Source: Balanoglossus misakiensis (Eukaryota > Animalia > Hemichordata). Taken from it: DNA of 64,000 bases. The stretch spans positions 2,340,303 to 2,404,302 of the forward strand of contig CM082582.2 in the NCBI GenBank assembly GCA_040954595.2, given 5' to 3'. Under the pieces are notes generated by a model. It made no database searches. It was not told the origin of the DNA and saw nothing but the letters and a program-made list of their open reading frames with translations. Of this stretch, positions 36,875-50,900 are shown in pieces. Position 1 is the stretch's first letter. Every line of letters begins with the position of its first letter. Position numbers and translations under genes: made by a program.

Positions 36875-37384
36875 TAATAGAGAGGTTCGTCTACACGTTA
36901 TACACGAACGTGAACGCGCAACGTCACGAATTTCTGTTATGACGTCATCAAGTTTTGTGTAAAGTTTGACGTTCACATAAAAGACCGCGTTTTTACATGG
37001 AGATAGATGTTTTCACGTTAGTTGCGAACGTGAAAAGTTATTCTCATTTTGGGCAACAAAAATTCATATTATCTACGAAATATGTGTATGCCTTGTTTTT
37101 TTGTGCGCAGAACGACACGGGCGGTAAATCTTGCATGTAAGCTAATTGGTCACTCAATGTAAACCAAATGACATCATCGCATTCTAAATAAGAAAATAGA
37201 GGCGTGAAATTCCCGCGATGGGATGTGGGAGTGGTTTTGAAGGAGTATGAATATTCATAACCAAGCTTTGTTAATTATATCATCCAACCACTGGCGCCCG
37301 TCAACATTTGATAGATCACTCGTTATCCATTCGTTACTAAGCGACCCTGATCGTAGCCGGGGCTACTATCTTTCAGCTCAGCAT

Positions 37385-38520
37385 GACATTGCTCGACTGT
37401 TGTATTTTAGATCGACGCCCTGGTCTCCGGGCTACTGAATATGAGCCAGCGACAATGCACAGTTTCCTGAATTCAATCGACAGACTATTACGTGAAAATA
37501 AATATCAGTGGAATATTAAAACGGATGCTCTTTTCGAGGGCGCTAGACGAGTCTTCGCTGCTAAAAGAAGAACCTAAAAGCTATGGGCTAGGGCAACGCA
37601 CCCAATAAAACCGAGCCACTAACTGCCGACGACGTCGATGCACTTTACAATACTGGACAGCTTGGTATGCATCGCCCAGCAGCACTTCAGAATACCGTGT
37701 GGTGGTTTCTAACAACCCAGTTCGGCCTACACCATGGAACTGGGTGATATTGTCGAGGGCACCGAAGTCATCGATGGCGATATCGTGAAATATATCGAAT
37801 ACAACATCGAGAGACAGACAATAACAAGACAAGGAGAAAACCCACGAAACACGAGAAAAATAAAGCCCAGAATGTACGAAAATAAATCAAACCCAGAACT
37901 GTGTCCGGTTGCAGCTTTTAAGAAGTTTACCGAAATGCGTCCAACGTCAATGATGGCTGCCGTTAGTCCAGTTTACCTCGCCGTAAATCACAAATACAAT
38001 GCATCTGACGAGAACAACTGGTACAAGAATCAGCGACTGGGCATCAACTCCCTCAGAGGCCTGATGAAAACTATGGCACAAGCGGCGAATCTTAGCAGTA
38101 AGAAAACGAACCATTCAGCTCGGACGACCCTAGTTACAGAACTGAACAACGTGGATGTACCCTCGACTCATATCATGCAACGGACAGCACACAAGAACGT
38201 CAACAGCATCACTCACTACGCCACAGTGTCACAGAAACAACAGCTAAAAATGTCCTCCATCATGAGCAACATGAAATCGGCCCCATCGTCAACTAGGCCT
38301 AACCCGCAAACGGACACAACAACTGCACAGTCATCAGATGACACCCGTAATGTTCATTCAAGTTCACTGTTTGGCCCTGGTCAAACGATAACGGGCGGTA
38401 CATTCACTTCAGTATAAATATCAACCAGCCACTGAGATCAAACATGGGCGACAACGCATCGCAATATAAGCCAATAAGAAAACGGATTTATGTTATAGAT
38501 TCGGACAGTGACTCTGAGTG
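37385..38520 (+). pseudogene. Decayed Crypton-type tyrosine recombinase (DUF3504-like)
   Basis: YEPATMHSFLNSIDRLL, GLGNAPNKTEPLT..LQNTVWWFLTTQFGL, CPVAAF, WYKNQRLGINSL, KTNHSARTT (HxxR), TAHKNVNSITHY. A stop, frameshifts and a deletion at the first catalytic Arg. Confidence 0.8.
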
Positions 38521-39250
38521 TTAAATGTTGAGTGAACTGAGTTTCATATTTAGGGGTTGCCTGTTCAAGTGTTCACACTATATTTCATATTAAAGCTAGG
38601 ACTGTTATGTTTGTAAGTTCAGTATTTCGCCGTTAAGGGCCTGGTCAGAATTAACAGGGGGGAAGGCCGGTGCGATTTGGGGGAGGGTCACCATTTCTCA
38701 TGCAACGGTTTGGGGGAGGGCCGCTACATTTTGGGCACTTGTCAAGGGGAGGGTCACTAATTTTTGTGCAAGGATGACACCGAAAATGTTTCAAATTTTG
38801 AAGTGTTACAGAGAAATACTGAAAAGAGACTTGCGCTCATAGGCACTCATGTATGGATATATTGACATCCCTTGTACTACAAAATACACCACACAACTCA
38901 CAAAACATACACATGTACCAGTATGTGATCTTAAATATGAATATATGAATACAAATCTTTAATCAGAACAAACACAATCATAAAAGAACTTATGTAAGAA
39001 ATGTACTTTTCGCAAAAATAACTTAATACATAAATATACAGTTTTTTTATGAAAAGGTGACGTCCGAGTCCATTTGTATGTGGCAGAGATTATTGATGCT
39101 TTCTGCATATTGTCATTGTGACGACTGCGCTGGGGTGTCCCCATCTTGCTCTTACAATGTGACAACATGCACAATGCCTCAATAATCTCTGCCAAATAAA
39201 AATGGACTCGGACGCTGCCACCTAGCCAATAATAAGACACTTCGGTTTAT

Positions 39251-39335
39251 TTATACTAGTATGCTGTCACCGCTATTAAAGTACTCTTGATGGTCACCAC
39301 TCCCCTCCTCTTCCTTTTCCTCATCCACCCTCCCC

Positions 39336-39367
<32 letters not shown>

Positions 39368-41152
39368 GTTGTCATCATTATCATCATCAGCATCACAGCT
39401 GTTGTAGTCATTGTCACTGTGAAAGTTTATGGCCCAGTCTTTGTGGGACAAGCAATCTGCGATTAAATCAAATGCACCATTTGTGATTTTGCTTTCACTT
39501 TTCAGTAATTTTATGTATTTCACATCTCTTAGATATAGTCTTCCGACACCTTCAAAATGAATTTTGTCATCTGTGATGACAGAATTATGTATGTCACATG
39601 ATGGGGCAATAATACTAGCTACTCTCCTTTTGCCAGCATTATCTCTGTTTTCTCTACGTTTCTTAGCTAGCCTCCTATTTGGTTTCTTTTTACGTTTAAT
39701 ACTTGTGTGCTTCATGTAATGAAAAGAAAACATTTCATGTACTTTCTGCTTCCTGTCCTTCAACTTTATTTCTAACTCTTCAATTTGCTTATTCAACTCT
39801 TCAATTAAAGTTAAACATTTGGTGTTGAAATGGACGGCACACTCGTGGCCAGATTTTATTTTTCCATTTTTTGTATAGCATTGCTGGGTATCAGAAAGAA
39901 GTTTATCTTTCTCTTGTTGAAGAGATGTTTTGATTTCTCCAACTTTATGTTCATTCTGTTCTATAATTCTGCTGTGATGAGGTTTTAAAATCTCAGAAGC
40001 AAGAACGACACCAAAAGCTGCTGGGTTGTTAGTGCTTGTCACTTTCTCCACGTCATTTTGGAAGCGCTCAAATTTCATTTCCAACTCGTATTGACGCCGT
40101 CCCTCTTCATGAAACTTCTTGCAGAAGTCTCTTGTGTTTTTGCTCCACTTAAAATTTGCTGAGTAAAAGTCTGGTAAGACCCGGTTCATGAAGACTGCCC
40201 GCTTTGTTTACCATTAGGAATATAACCATATTTAGGTTGCATCCACGGTTTCTGCTTGCTGCTCTCACCTGCACCTGACTTGGATTGGCTGGGTTGGAGA
40301 AATGACTCCTTGCTGGGAATTGGGTGTTTCAGAATGCTCCTTTTGAACCTATTGAGTCGCTTTATTTCAATAGACAGTCCTGAAATCAATAAAAATACGG
40401 ATAAAAGGCTAAATGACTACATACAAGTTTACATGGGTATTTTATGCACAAGGCAAAACATCAGTCAATATCCCAATACATGATATATGATATTTGATTT
40501 ATGCATTATTACAGAAAAGCCAAATTTAATTCTTAATTGTTGTCTATCAAACGAGTATAAAAGTATAAAAGCAGCCTGCATTTATTTCTAATATCTGTTG
40601 ATGCAATTTTCAGGGATATAAATTTGAAAGAAATGGTCATCTCTCATTGCCACTAGCTATTGCACCTGTGATTCAGAGCACTTTTTTCCATAAAAAATAA
40701 TGTACAACTAAGAATAGATGCATTTTTTTAATCGGCAGATATTCTAGATCTAAGAGGTATATAACATTTTTCAAACTGGGTAGAAATATTGTTTATATTA
40801 AACCCGAGCTACAATTTCATCTGAGTTTTAAACGCTAAAAGCTATCGTAGACGTTACGGTAGGTGTCAAAATTAAAGTTCCGGTCAAAGTTGCAGGGCGA
40901 TGCATGAAAACACACACACTGCCTGTCTGATTACAGGCAGCGACTGACTCCGCAGCCGCAGACAGAGCTGAGATGAGATGAGATTCCACACTTACCAATA
41001 TCTTTAAGGTCGTCGTCATCAACATCAACTAGATGCTTTGCTTTTTGAACACCGGCGTCTAAAAAATATTGCGTGTAATTGTGCAGGTCACACATTTGCA
41101 AGAAATCAGCAATGTTGCTCTCATCAGATGTTGGCTGCTCTTCCACTGCCAT
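39251..41152 (-). pseudogene. SAM-domain/coiled-coil/acidic-tail protein gene, 2 exons (41152-40996, 40379-39251), with one frameshift near 40200
   Basis: Exon 1 IADFLQMCDLHNYTQYFLDAGV..LVDVDDDDLKDIG is joined in phase 1 to LSIEIKRL (SAM). Downstream 312-aa ORF with coiled coil, basic NLS-like patch and poly-D tail. AATAAA directly at the stop. Confidence 0.7.
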
Positions 41153-41393
41153 GATGACACTATGGAGGTACACGTGTGTAGAATGTTATGATGGGAAGTT
41201 CACCTCTTTTCCGAAAGCTCAAGATTTAAAAAAAAATATTTCACAAAACGAAAATTAAATTACATTTCAGTGATAAAAAATCACATAATACTGATTTTAA
41301 TGCAAAAATGCCACCTTTGGTGTGAATGTACCAAGCGCGCGATAAATTCCCGCGATAAATACACACGTGACCTTTTTACTGTTCAAAATCAAA

Positions 41394-44300
41394 ATGGCTG
41401 ATGTCGCTCTCGGTCCGTCTTCTAAAGAAAGCGAGAAAGATCGCGTCAAGTTGACATTTTCGGAGAGGAGAAGTGCCTCGCGGAAGCAGTCCAAGGTTGG
41501 TGGCGGGTACGAACGTGTATCACAACAAACGTGTAAACCGGAACAATGTGAGGAGAAGCTCGAGGCACTCTTGGACGTGCACAGAAAAGCGCCCGAGAAA
41601 CAGAAAATCGTCCAAGGCCTGCTGTATGTTGTACACCAATTGATGGTGAGAAGTGATTTTGATGGAAAGGTGAAAGGGTATTTACGCTGCAAAGATGTCT
41701 ATGGACTGTATTGCGGATTTTTTGAAACTCAGCCAACTGAACATGAATTCCGTGACCAACTGCTACATCCTGACCACGTACTCAATGTAACAGTTGTCAC
41801 ACTGGCAGGGTGTAGATATATCATACTCAATAACAGTTTTGTTAGCTTTACTGATTTGTTCGTAGAACTAGAACATGCTACAGATCGCAAAGATACTGCA
41901 AGATTTCCTTTGACAATCGAATCCCTGCATGATATCATTGCAACCATGGACACAGAGTATGATAAATCTGTTGTGAAAGCTGTTCTTTTTGCATCAAACT
42001 CAAGAAATGACATGCATATGCTTGGAGTAAAACCAAACAGAGCTGTACAGTTTCTTTCCAAAGTGTTAGTTTCTGCAGAAGAATTCAAAAATGCCACTGA
42101 AGCAGCCCAAGATGTCCTTGTTCGTAGGGTGAAGGAAAAGATTAACAAAATAGTACAGCAAATAGAAGATGTTGATGCCAGACTAGACAGTTGTAGTTTG
42201 TCTGATAAAAGAAGAAGTGATCTATGTGCAGAGAGAGATTGCTTAGAAAAACGAAAGCGGGAATTAGCATTATTGTTAACTCCAGAAGATAAAAGTAGTA
42301 GGAGACGAGCCCTGCAATCTAAGAAGCGGATCGCTCAAACATTGCTGGAAGAAAATCGGGTAAAGCGTAGAAAGCTTGGAGGAGGTGCACCTCGCCTTCT
42401 AGATACAGAGGATGAACTTTTCATCGCAAAAGCTGTTGAAGAAAAAAGTACAGCACATGGGCGAAGACATAATATTACACTTTACTCTCACCACCGTGTT
42501 AAGAAGAGACATTTTCTGTCCCTAGCGAATTACATGCTGCTCCAAAGGGGAAAGAAATTAATCAAATCAGCAACAACAGTTCTTAATAGAGGCCGTCCTC
42601 GAAATGTACGATCCATACAGGCAAACGCACACATGGGGAAGTCCTTGTTTTGTGCCAGACAGCCACCAAAGACTGAGCTACATTCAACGGAGTCCACTCA
42701 TCATCAGAGGGCACATGTGAAGAATGCTAAATTTAATATGTTTAGCGATTCGGAATGGTCAAACAGCCTTATGATCAGTATGGATGATAAAGCTTACCTA
42801 AGACCAGGAACTGATGGTGAGTAAAATTTTGTTGATTCATGGATTAAGGGCCCAGGACAAGAAACAGTCCCTTTCCAAACAGTCTCTTCTTTCAAATAGT
42901 GAAAAACCCATATGAGCTATATATCATTGGAAAGCATGAAGCTGTGTGACATGAAATGTAATCAGTTTTTGTCTTCTGTTTTGGTTTAATAGTTGGAGCA
43001 AGAGATGTTAAGAAAGGTGTAATCTATGATGTTACAAACCCGGAAAAACAGAACAAACTCCCTCAACATGATTTTAGTACGCCTGAAGTACATGTCACTC
43101 CGACCTCATTCCGCTTCATCTCTGCCAAAACTGTAACTGTTGAAGGTAAGTGTGATTAATGCACTAGTTTGCTGAATATACTTAGTACAGATATCTAAAT
43201 TGCCAAATATAAAAATCCAAAACATTGTTCACATATGTACTTCTTGTACACTTGGGAAATGAGTAATTTAATATAGGAATTGACCAATCAGAATCAACCT
43301 GTCTTTATGAGACCTTTTTACATTATCTCCTAATTTTCTTATTCCCTTATAAGGAAATAAAGAACTTGTCAATTAAAAGGATCAAACTGTGGTGGTGATT
43401 CGACCTAAACATTTCATTGGGAGCAGTGGAAGTGTCTGGGCCTCTGACTACTTGATGTTAAGGTAACATTCTAACAATACCAAAGTATGATTAAATTTTG
43501 AGTTTTGTATAGTTGTTGAACAGATACATATCCTGCCTTACAAATACTAAGTGTGGAGCTACTTCCATACATTTTGGTTTGTAGGAGAGAAGAGCCTGAG
43601 CTTTTTGAGAAGCAACAAGGACATTCTTCAAATAACCAGGCTTTGAAGATTTTCTATGCACAAGTCCATGATACAGTCTTCCACTTTAAAGGTAGGTTTG
43701 CTCTGCCACTGAAGCAATTATTATTAAATACCCTAAGTCTTGTTTTTTTGCAAAAATAAATAGTTTTTGAAACAAGTAGGCAGGACAAGTCAAAACAAAA
43801 GTTTTTTTCAGTATTTTTGTTGTGTCTTTCAACTACGCTGGATCCCTGAATCATGATCAAATACCCAGTGTATAGATTCTCAACACAACCTATATGAATA
43901 TAATTACCATTGTTATTGTTGTAAATTGTTTTCTAATCCAGACTAGAATTCATTTGTCAACAATAACAGTGTCATTTCACATATACAGGTTATGTTGAGA
44001 GTGAGAATACTAGGCATTTGAGCATGATCTAGAGAAACGTAAAGCTGATATACACAGATCCAAAATACTGAAAAAAATAGCCAAAGTTACATCTAATGTC
44101 CCTTTAATTAATGCATCTTATTGTACCATAGTCCCCTTTGTCAGCTAAAGAGGACAATCCTGTTGGTGATTATCCATCCTTTAGTTATGCAGTTCAATTC
44201 ATGCTTTATAACTACTTTTGTTTATAGATACAACTGTACAAGAAGATGTTGAATGTGTGACAACTGATCAAAAATGTGTATTTCGCAAATATGAAGGTGA

Positions 44301-44895
44301 CAGGCTGGCTTGGTTGCATCATCATTTGGAGCAGGCATGGACAAGATTGGATGAATATCTGAAAAGAAGACAGGAGGAGAGTTCATCAGATTTGCTAGAG
44401 CCAGTGAAACAGGTTATCCAAAATGCAGAGTTACTGCTGGGAGAAATAAGGTGCATTTGTAAAATTATTTAATGAGTTCAGTCATTGGCTCTGTTATCGA
44501 ACCCTGATGTTGAATATCACAGCAAAACATTACTGTCAGATTTCCCCTTTTGGAAAAATGGAACTATCGCTTTTAGTCACTTTTGAATGCTTATCTTATT
44601 TGTTATCTTTTACATTTCAGGACCATTAACAAAGATGCCCTTTTTGTTGGTTTGACTGGCTTGATTGACATATGTGATATTATCATACAGAAGCTCTCTT
44701 TTGTTCAAGCACCTATGTATGGCAATATTCTCAAGACGACTGATGCAAGACAAGGTGTTGGTGTCAGCAATGTGGAAGTGAGATATAGAGATGCTGAACT
44801 TATACGAATTCATGGAACTGACCACATGATACGACTACACAGAGCACCTGGGGATTCTGGTCAAAATGAGGCAGAAAGATTAAATGCTGCAATAG
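41394..44895 (+). pseudogene. Multi-exon Zator-like DDE transposase (exons 41394-42816, 42993-43145, 43354-43462, 43585-43691, 44228-44450, 44621-44895), one in-frame stop, 3' part missing
   Basis: All five introns are GT-AG with matching phases. Motifs ISMDDKAYLRPG, LPQHDF, RPKHF, KTTDA..GVG, HRAPGDSGQNEAER resemble the Zator SxDDK/HDF/TDGG/AP..S..N..ER pattern. TAA at 43374. Confidence 0.7.
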
Positions 44896-44909
44896 GTAAG
44901 CAGTAGGGC

Positions 44910-47900
44910 AACAACTTGAAATCCCCATATGCATTTAATACCCATGTCAAAGTGAAGAGTTTGCATCACCATCTACTCTGATGCATCATTGAGCTTGCTT
45001 CGCCATTTGCCCTAACGCAAAGAATTACATTCAATGTCACCATTGCATTAGCAATGTCAAAGTACAGTGCTTTCCGCCACGTATTAAACTGGGGATTTAC
45101 AGTCACCTTTAAATCCCCCTGTAGGCATTTTATACCCAAGTTCAAGTGCAGAGCTTGCATCACTATCTACCCTGATGCATCATCAACCTTGCTTCGCCAT
45201 TTACCCTGATGCAAAGAATCAGATTCAATGTCATCATTGCATTAGCAATGTCAAAGTACAGTGCTTTTCGACACGTATTAACCCACAGATTTTTCAACAA
45301 CCTGAAATCCCCATATGCATTTAATACCCATGTCAAAGTGAAGTGTTTGCATCACTATCTACCCTGATGCATCATAAAGCTTGCTACGCCATTTACCCTG
45401 ATGCAAAGAATCATATTCAATGTCATCGTTACATTAGCAATGTCAAAGTACAGTGCTTTTGGACACGTATTAACCCAGGGATTTATCATCAACTTGAAAT
45501 CCCCATATGCATTTAATACCCATGTCAAAGTGAAGTGATTGCATCACTATCTACCCTGATGCATCATAAAGCTTGCTACGCCATTTACCCTGATGCAAAG
45601 AATCAGATTCAATGTCATCATTGCATTAGCAATGTCAAAGTACAGTGCTTTTCGACACGTATTAACCCACAGATTTTTCAACAACCTGAAATCCCCATAT
45701 GCATTTAATACCCATGTCAAAGTGAAGTGTTTGCATCACTATCTACCCTGATGCATCATAAAGCTTGCTACGCCATTTACCCTGATGCAAAGAATCATAT
45801 TCAATGTCATCGTTACATTAGCAATGTCAAAGTACAGTGCTTTTGGACACGTATTAACCCAGGGATTTATCATCAACTTGAAATCCCCATATGCATTTAA
45901 TACCCATGTCAAAGTGAAGTGATTGCATCACTGTCTACCCTGATGCATCATCAACCTTGCTTCGCCATTTGCCCTGATGCAAAGAATCAGATTCAATGTC
46001 ATCGTTACATTAGCAATGTCAAAGTACAGTACTTTTGGACACGTATTAACCCAGGGATTTATCATCAACTTGAAATCCCCATATGCATTTAATACCCATG
46101 TCAAAGTGAAGTGATTGCATAACTATCTACCCTGATGCATCATAAAGCTTGCTACGCCATTTACCCTGATGCAAAGAATCAGATTCAATGTCATCGTTAC
46201 ATTAGCAATGTCAAAGTACAGTGCTTTTGGACACGTATTAACCCAGGGATTTATCATCAACTTGAAATCCCCATATGCATTTAATACCAATGTCAAAGTG
46301 AAGTGATTGCATCACTATCTACCCTGATGCATCATCAACCTTGCTTCGCCATTTGCCCAGATGCAAAGAATCAGATTCAATGTCATCGTTGCATTAGCGA
46401 TGTCAAATTAGAGTGCTTTTGGCCACGTATTAACCTATGGATTTTCATTTAACATTAAATACCCATGTGAAAGTGCAGAGTTTGCATCACCATCTACTCT
46501 GATGCATCATTGAGCTTGCTTCGCCATTTGCCCTAATGCAAAGAATCCCATTCAATGTCACCATTGCATATGCAATGTCAAAGTACAGTGCTTTCCGCCA
46601 CGTATTAACCCAGGGATTTAAAGACAACTTTAAATCCCCCTGTAGGCATTTTATACCCATGTCAAAGTGCAGAGCTTGCATCACTATCTACCCTGATGCA
46701 TAATCAACCTTGCTTCGCCATTTACCCTGATGCAAAGAATCAGATTCAATGTCATTGCTGCATTAGCAATGTCAAAGTACAGTGTTTTTGGACACGTATT
46801 AACCCAGGGATTTACAGACAACTTTAAATCCCCCTGTAGGCATTTTATACCCATGTCAAAGTGAAGTGTTTGCATCACTATCTACCCTGATGCGTCATAA
46901 AGCTTGCTACGCCATTTACCCTGATGCAAAGAATCAGATTCAATGTCATCATTGCATTAGCAATGTCAAAGTACAGTGCTTTTGGACACGTATTAACCCA
47001 CAGATTTTTCAACAACCTGAAATCCCAATATGCATTTAATACCCATGTCAAAATGAAGTGTTTGCATCACCATCTACCCTGATGCGTCATAAAGCTTGCT
47101 ACGCCATTTACCCTGATGCAAAGAATCAGATTCAATGTCATCGTTGCATTAGCAATGTCAAAGTACAGTGCTTTTGGACACGTATTAACCCACAGATTTT
47201 TCAACAACCTGAAATCCCCATATGCATTTAATACCCATGTCAAAGTGAAGTGTTTGCATCACAATCTACCCTGATGCATCATAAAGCTTGCTACGCCATT
47301 TACCCTGATGCAAAGAATCAGATTCAATGTCATCGTTGCATTAGCAATGTCAAAGTACAGTGCTTTTGGACACGTATTAACCCAGTGATTTATCATCAAT
47401 TTGAAATCCCCATATGCATTTAATACCAATGTCAAAGTGAAGTGATTGCATCACTATCTACCCTGATGCATCATCAACCTTGCTTCGCCATTTGCCCAGA
47501 TGCAAAGAATCAGATTCAATGTCATCGTTGCATTAGCAATGTCAAATTAGAGTGCTTTTGGCCACGTATTAACCTATGGATTTACATTTAACATTAAATA
47601 CCCATGTGAAAGTGCATAGTTTGCATCACCATCTACTCTGATGCATCATTGAGCTTGCTTCGCCATTTGCCCTAATGCAAAGAATCCCATTCAATGTCAC
47701 CATTGCATATGCAATGTCAAAGTACAGTGCTTTCCGCCACGTATTAACCCAGGGATTTACAGACAACTTTAAATCCCCCTGTAGGCATTTTATACCCATG
47801 TCAAAGTGCAGAGCTTGCATCACTATCTACCCTGATGCATAATCAACCTTGCTTCGCCATTTACCCTGATGCAAAGAATCAGATTCAATGTCATCGTTGC

Positions 47901-50900
47901 ATTAGCAATGTCAAAGTACAGTGCTTTTGGACACGTATTAACCCAGGGATTTACAGACAACTTTAAATCCCCCTGTAGGCATTTTATACCCATGTCAAAG
48001 TGAAGTGTTTGCATCACTATCTACCCTGATGCATCATAAAGCTTGCTACGCCATTTACCCTGATGCAAAGAATCAGATTCAATGTCATCATTGCATTAGC
48101 AATGTCAAAGTACAGTGCTTTTGGACACGTATTAACCCACAGATTTTTCAACAACCTGAAATCCCCATATGCATTTAATACCCATGTCAAAGTGAAGTGT
48201 TTGCATCACTATCTACCCTGATGCATCATAAAGCTTGCTACGCCATTTACCCTGATGCAAAGAATCAGATTCAATGTCATCGTTACATTAGCAATGTCAA
48301 AGTACAGTGCTTTTGGACACGTATTAACCCAGGGATTTATCATCAACTTGAAATCCCCATATGCATTTAATACCCATGTCAAAGTGAAGTGATTGCATCA
48401 CTATCTACCCTGATGCATCATCAACCTTGCCTCGCCATTTGCCCAGATGCAAAGAATCAGATTCAATGTCATCGTTGCATTAGCAATGTCAAATTAGAGT
48501 GCTTTTGGCCACGTATTAACCTATGGATTTACATTTAACATTAAATACCCATGTGAAAGTGCAGAGTTTGCATCACCATCTACTCTGATGCATCATTGAG
48601 CTTGCTTCGCCATTTGCCCAAATGCAAAGAATCCCATTCAATGTCACCATTGCATATGCAATGTCAAAGTACAGTGCTTTCCGCCACGTATTAACCCAGG
48701 GATTTACAGACAACTTTAAATCCCCCTGTAGGCATTTTATACCCATGTCAAAGTGCAGAGCTTGCATCACTATCTACCCTGATGCATAATCAACCTTGCT
48801 TCGCCATTTACCCTGATGCAAAGAATCAGATTCAATGTCATCGCTGCATTAGCAATGTCAAAGTACAGTGTTTTTGGACACGTATTAACCCAGGGATTTA
48901 CAGACAACTTTAAATCTCCCTGTAGGCATTTTATACCCATGTCAAAGTGAAGTGTTTGCATCACTATCTACCCTGATGCGTCATAAAGCTTGCTACGCCA
49001 TTTACCCTGATGCAAAGAATCAGATTCAATGTCATCATTGCATTAGCAATGTCAAAGTACAGTGCTTTTGGACACGTATTAACCCACAGATTTTTCAACA
49101 ACCTGAAATCCCCATATGCATTTAATACCCATGTCAAAGTGAAGTGTTTGCATCACTATCTACCCTGATGCGTCATAAAGCTTGCTACGCCATTTACCCT
49201 GATGCAAAGAATCAGATTCAATGTCATCATTGCATTAGCAATGTCAAAGTACAGTGCTTTTGGACACGTATTAACCCACAGATTTTTCAACAACCTGAAA
49301 TCCCCATATGCATTTAATACCCATGTCAAAGTGAAGTGTTTGCATCACTATCTACCCTGATGCATCATAAAGCTTGCTACGCCATTTACCCTGATGCAAA
49401 GAATCAGATTCAATGTCATCGTTGCATTAGCAATGTCAAAGTACAGTGCTTTTGGACACGTATTAACCCAGGGATTTATCATCAATTTGAAATCCCCATA
49501 TGCATTTAATACCCATGTCAAAGTGAAGTGATTGCATCACTATCTACCCTGATGCATCATCAACCTTGCTTCGCCATTTGCCCTGATGCAAAGAATCAGA
49601 TTCAATGTCATCGTTGCATTAGCAATGTCAAATTAGAGTGCTTTTGGCCACGTATTAACCTATGGATTTACATTTAACATTAAATACCCATGTGAAAGTG
49701 CAGAGTTTGCATCACCATCTACTCTGATGCATCATTGAGCTTGCTTCGCCATTTGCCCTTATGCAAAGAATTCCATTCAATGTCACCATTGCATATGCAA
49801 TGTCAAAGTACAGTGCTTTCCGCCTTGTATTAACCCAGGGATTTACAGACAACTTTAAATCCCCCTGTAGGCATTTTATACCCATGTCAAAGTGCAGAGC
49901 TTGCATCACTATCTACCCTGATGCATAATCAACCTTGCTTCGCCATTTACCCTGATGCAAAGAATCAGATTCAATGTCATCGCTGCATTAGCAATGTCAA
50001 AGTACAGTGTTTTTGGACACGTATTAACCCAGGGATTTACAGACAACTTTAAATCCCCCTGTAGGCATTTTATACCCATGTCAAAGTGAAGTGTTTGCAT
50101 CACTATCTACCCTGATGCATAATCAACCTTGCTTCGCCATTTACCCTGATGCAAAGAATCAGATTCAATGTCATCGCTGCATTAGCAATGTCAAAGTACA
50201 GTGTTTTTGGACACGTATTAACCCAGGGATTTACAGACAACTTTAAATCTCCCTGTAGGCATTTTATACCCATGTCAAAGTGAAGTGTTTGCATCACTAT
50301 CTACCCTGATGCGTCATAAAGCTTGCTACGCCATTTACCCTGATGCAAAGAATCAGATTCAATGTCATCATTGCATTAGCAATGTCAAAGTACAGTGCTT
50401 TTGGACACGTATTAACCCACAGATTTTTCAACAACCTGAAATCCCCATATGCATTTAATACCCATGTCAAAGTGAAGTGTTTGCATCACTATCTACCCTG
50501 ATGCGTCATAAAGCTTGCTACGCCATTTACCCTGATGCAAAGAATCAGATTCAATGTCATCGTTGCATTAGCAATGTCAAAGTACAGTGCTTTTGGACAC
50601 GTATTAACCCAGGGATTTACAGACAACTTTAAATCCCCCTGTAGGCATTTTATACCCATGTCAAAGTGAAGTGTTTGCATCACTATCTACCCTGATGCAT
50701 CATAAAGCTTGCTACGCCATTTACCCTGATGCAAAGAATCAGATTCAATGTCATCATTGCATTAGCAATGTCAAAGTACAGTGCTTTTCGACACGTATTA
50801 ACCCACAGATTTTTAAACAACCTGAAATCCCCATATGCATTTAATACCCATGTCAAAGTGAAGTGTTTGCATCACTATCTACCCTGATGCATCATAAAGC

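Larger units (their letters stand above)
38637..44905. mobile_element. Large two-gene Zator-like DNA transposon (left end only; right end not seen)
   Basis: Candidate terminus TAA|GGGCCTGGTCAGAATTAAC with subterminal GGGGAGGGTCA repeats. Encloses the divergent SAM gene and DDE transposase. Confidence 0.55.

Noticed and set aside
40186-40189. ATGA stop/start overlap as translational coupling
   Set aside because: In a eukaryotic TE gene a simple frameshift mutation near 40200 is more parsimonious; the downstream frame is already open several codons before the ATG.
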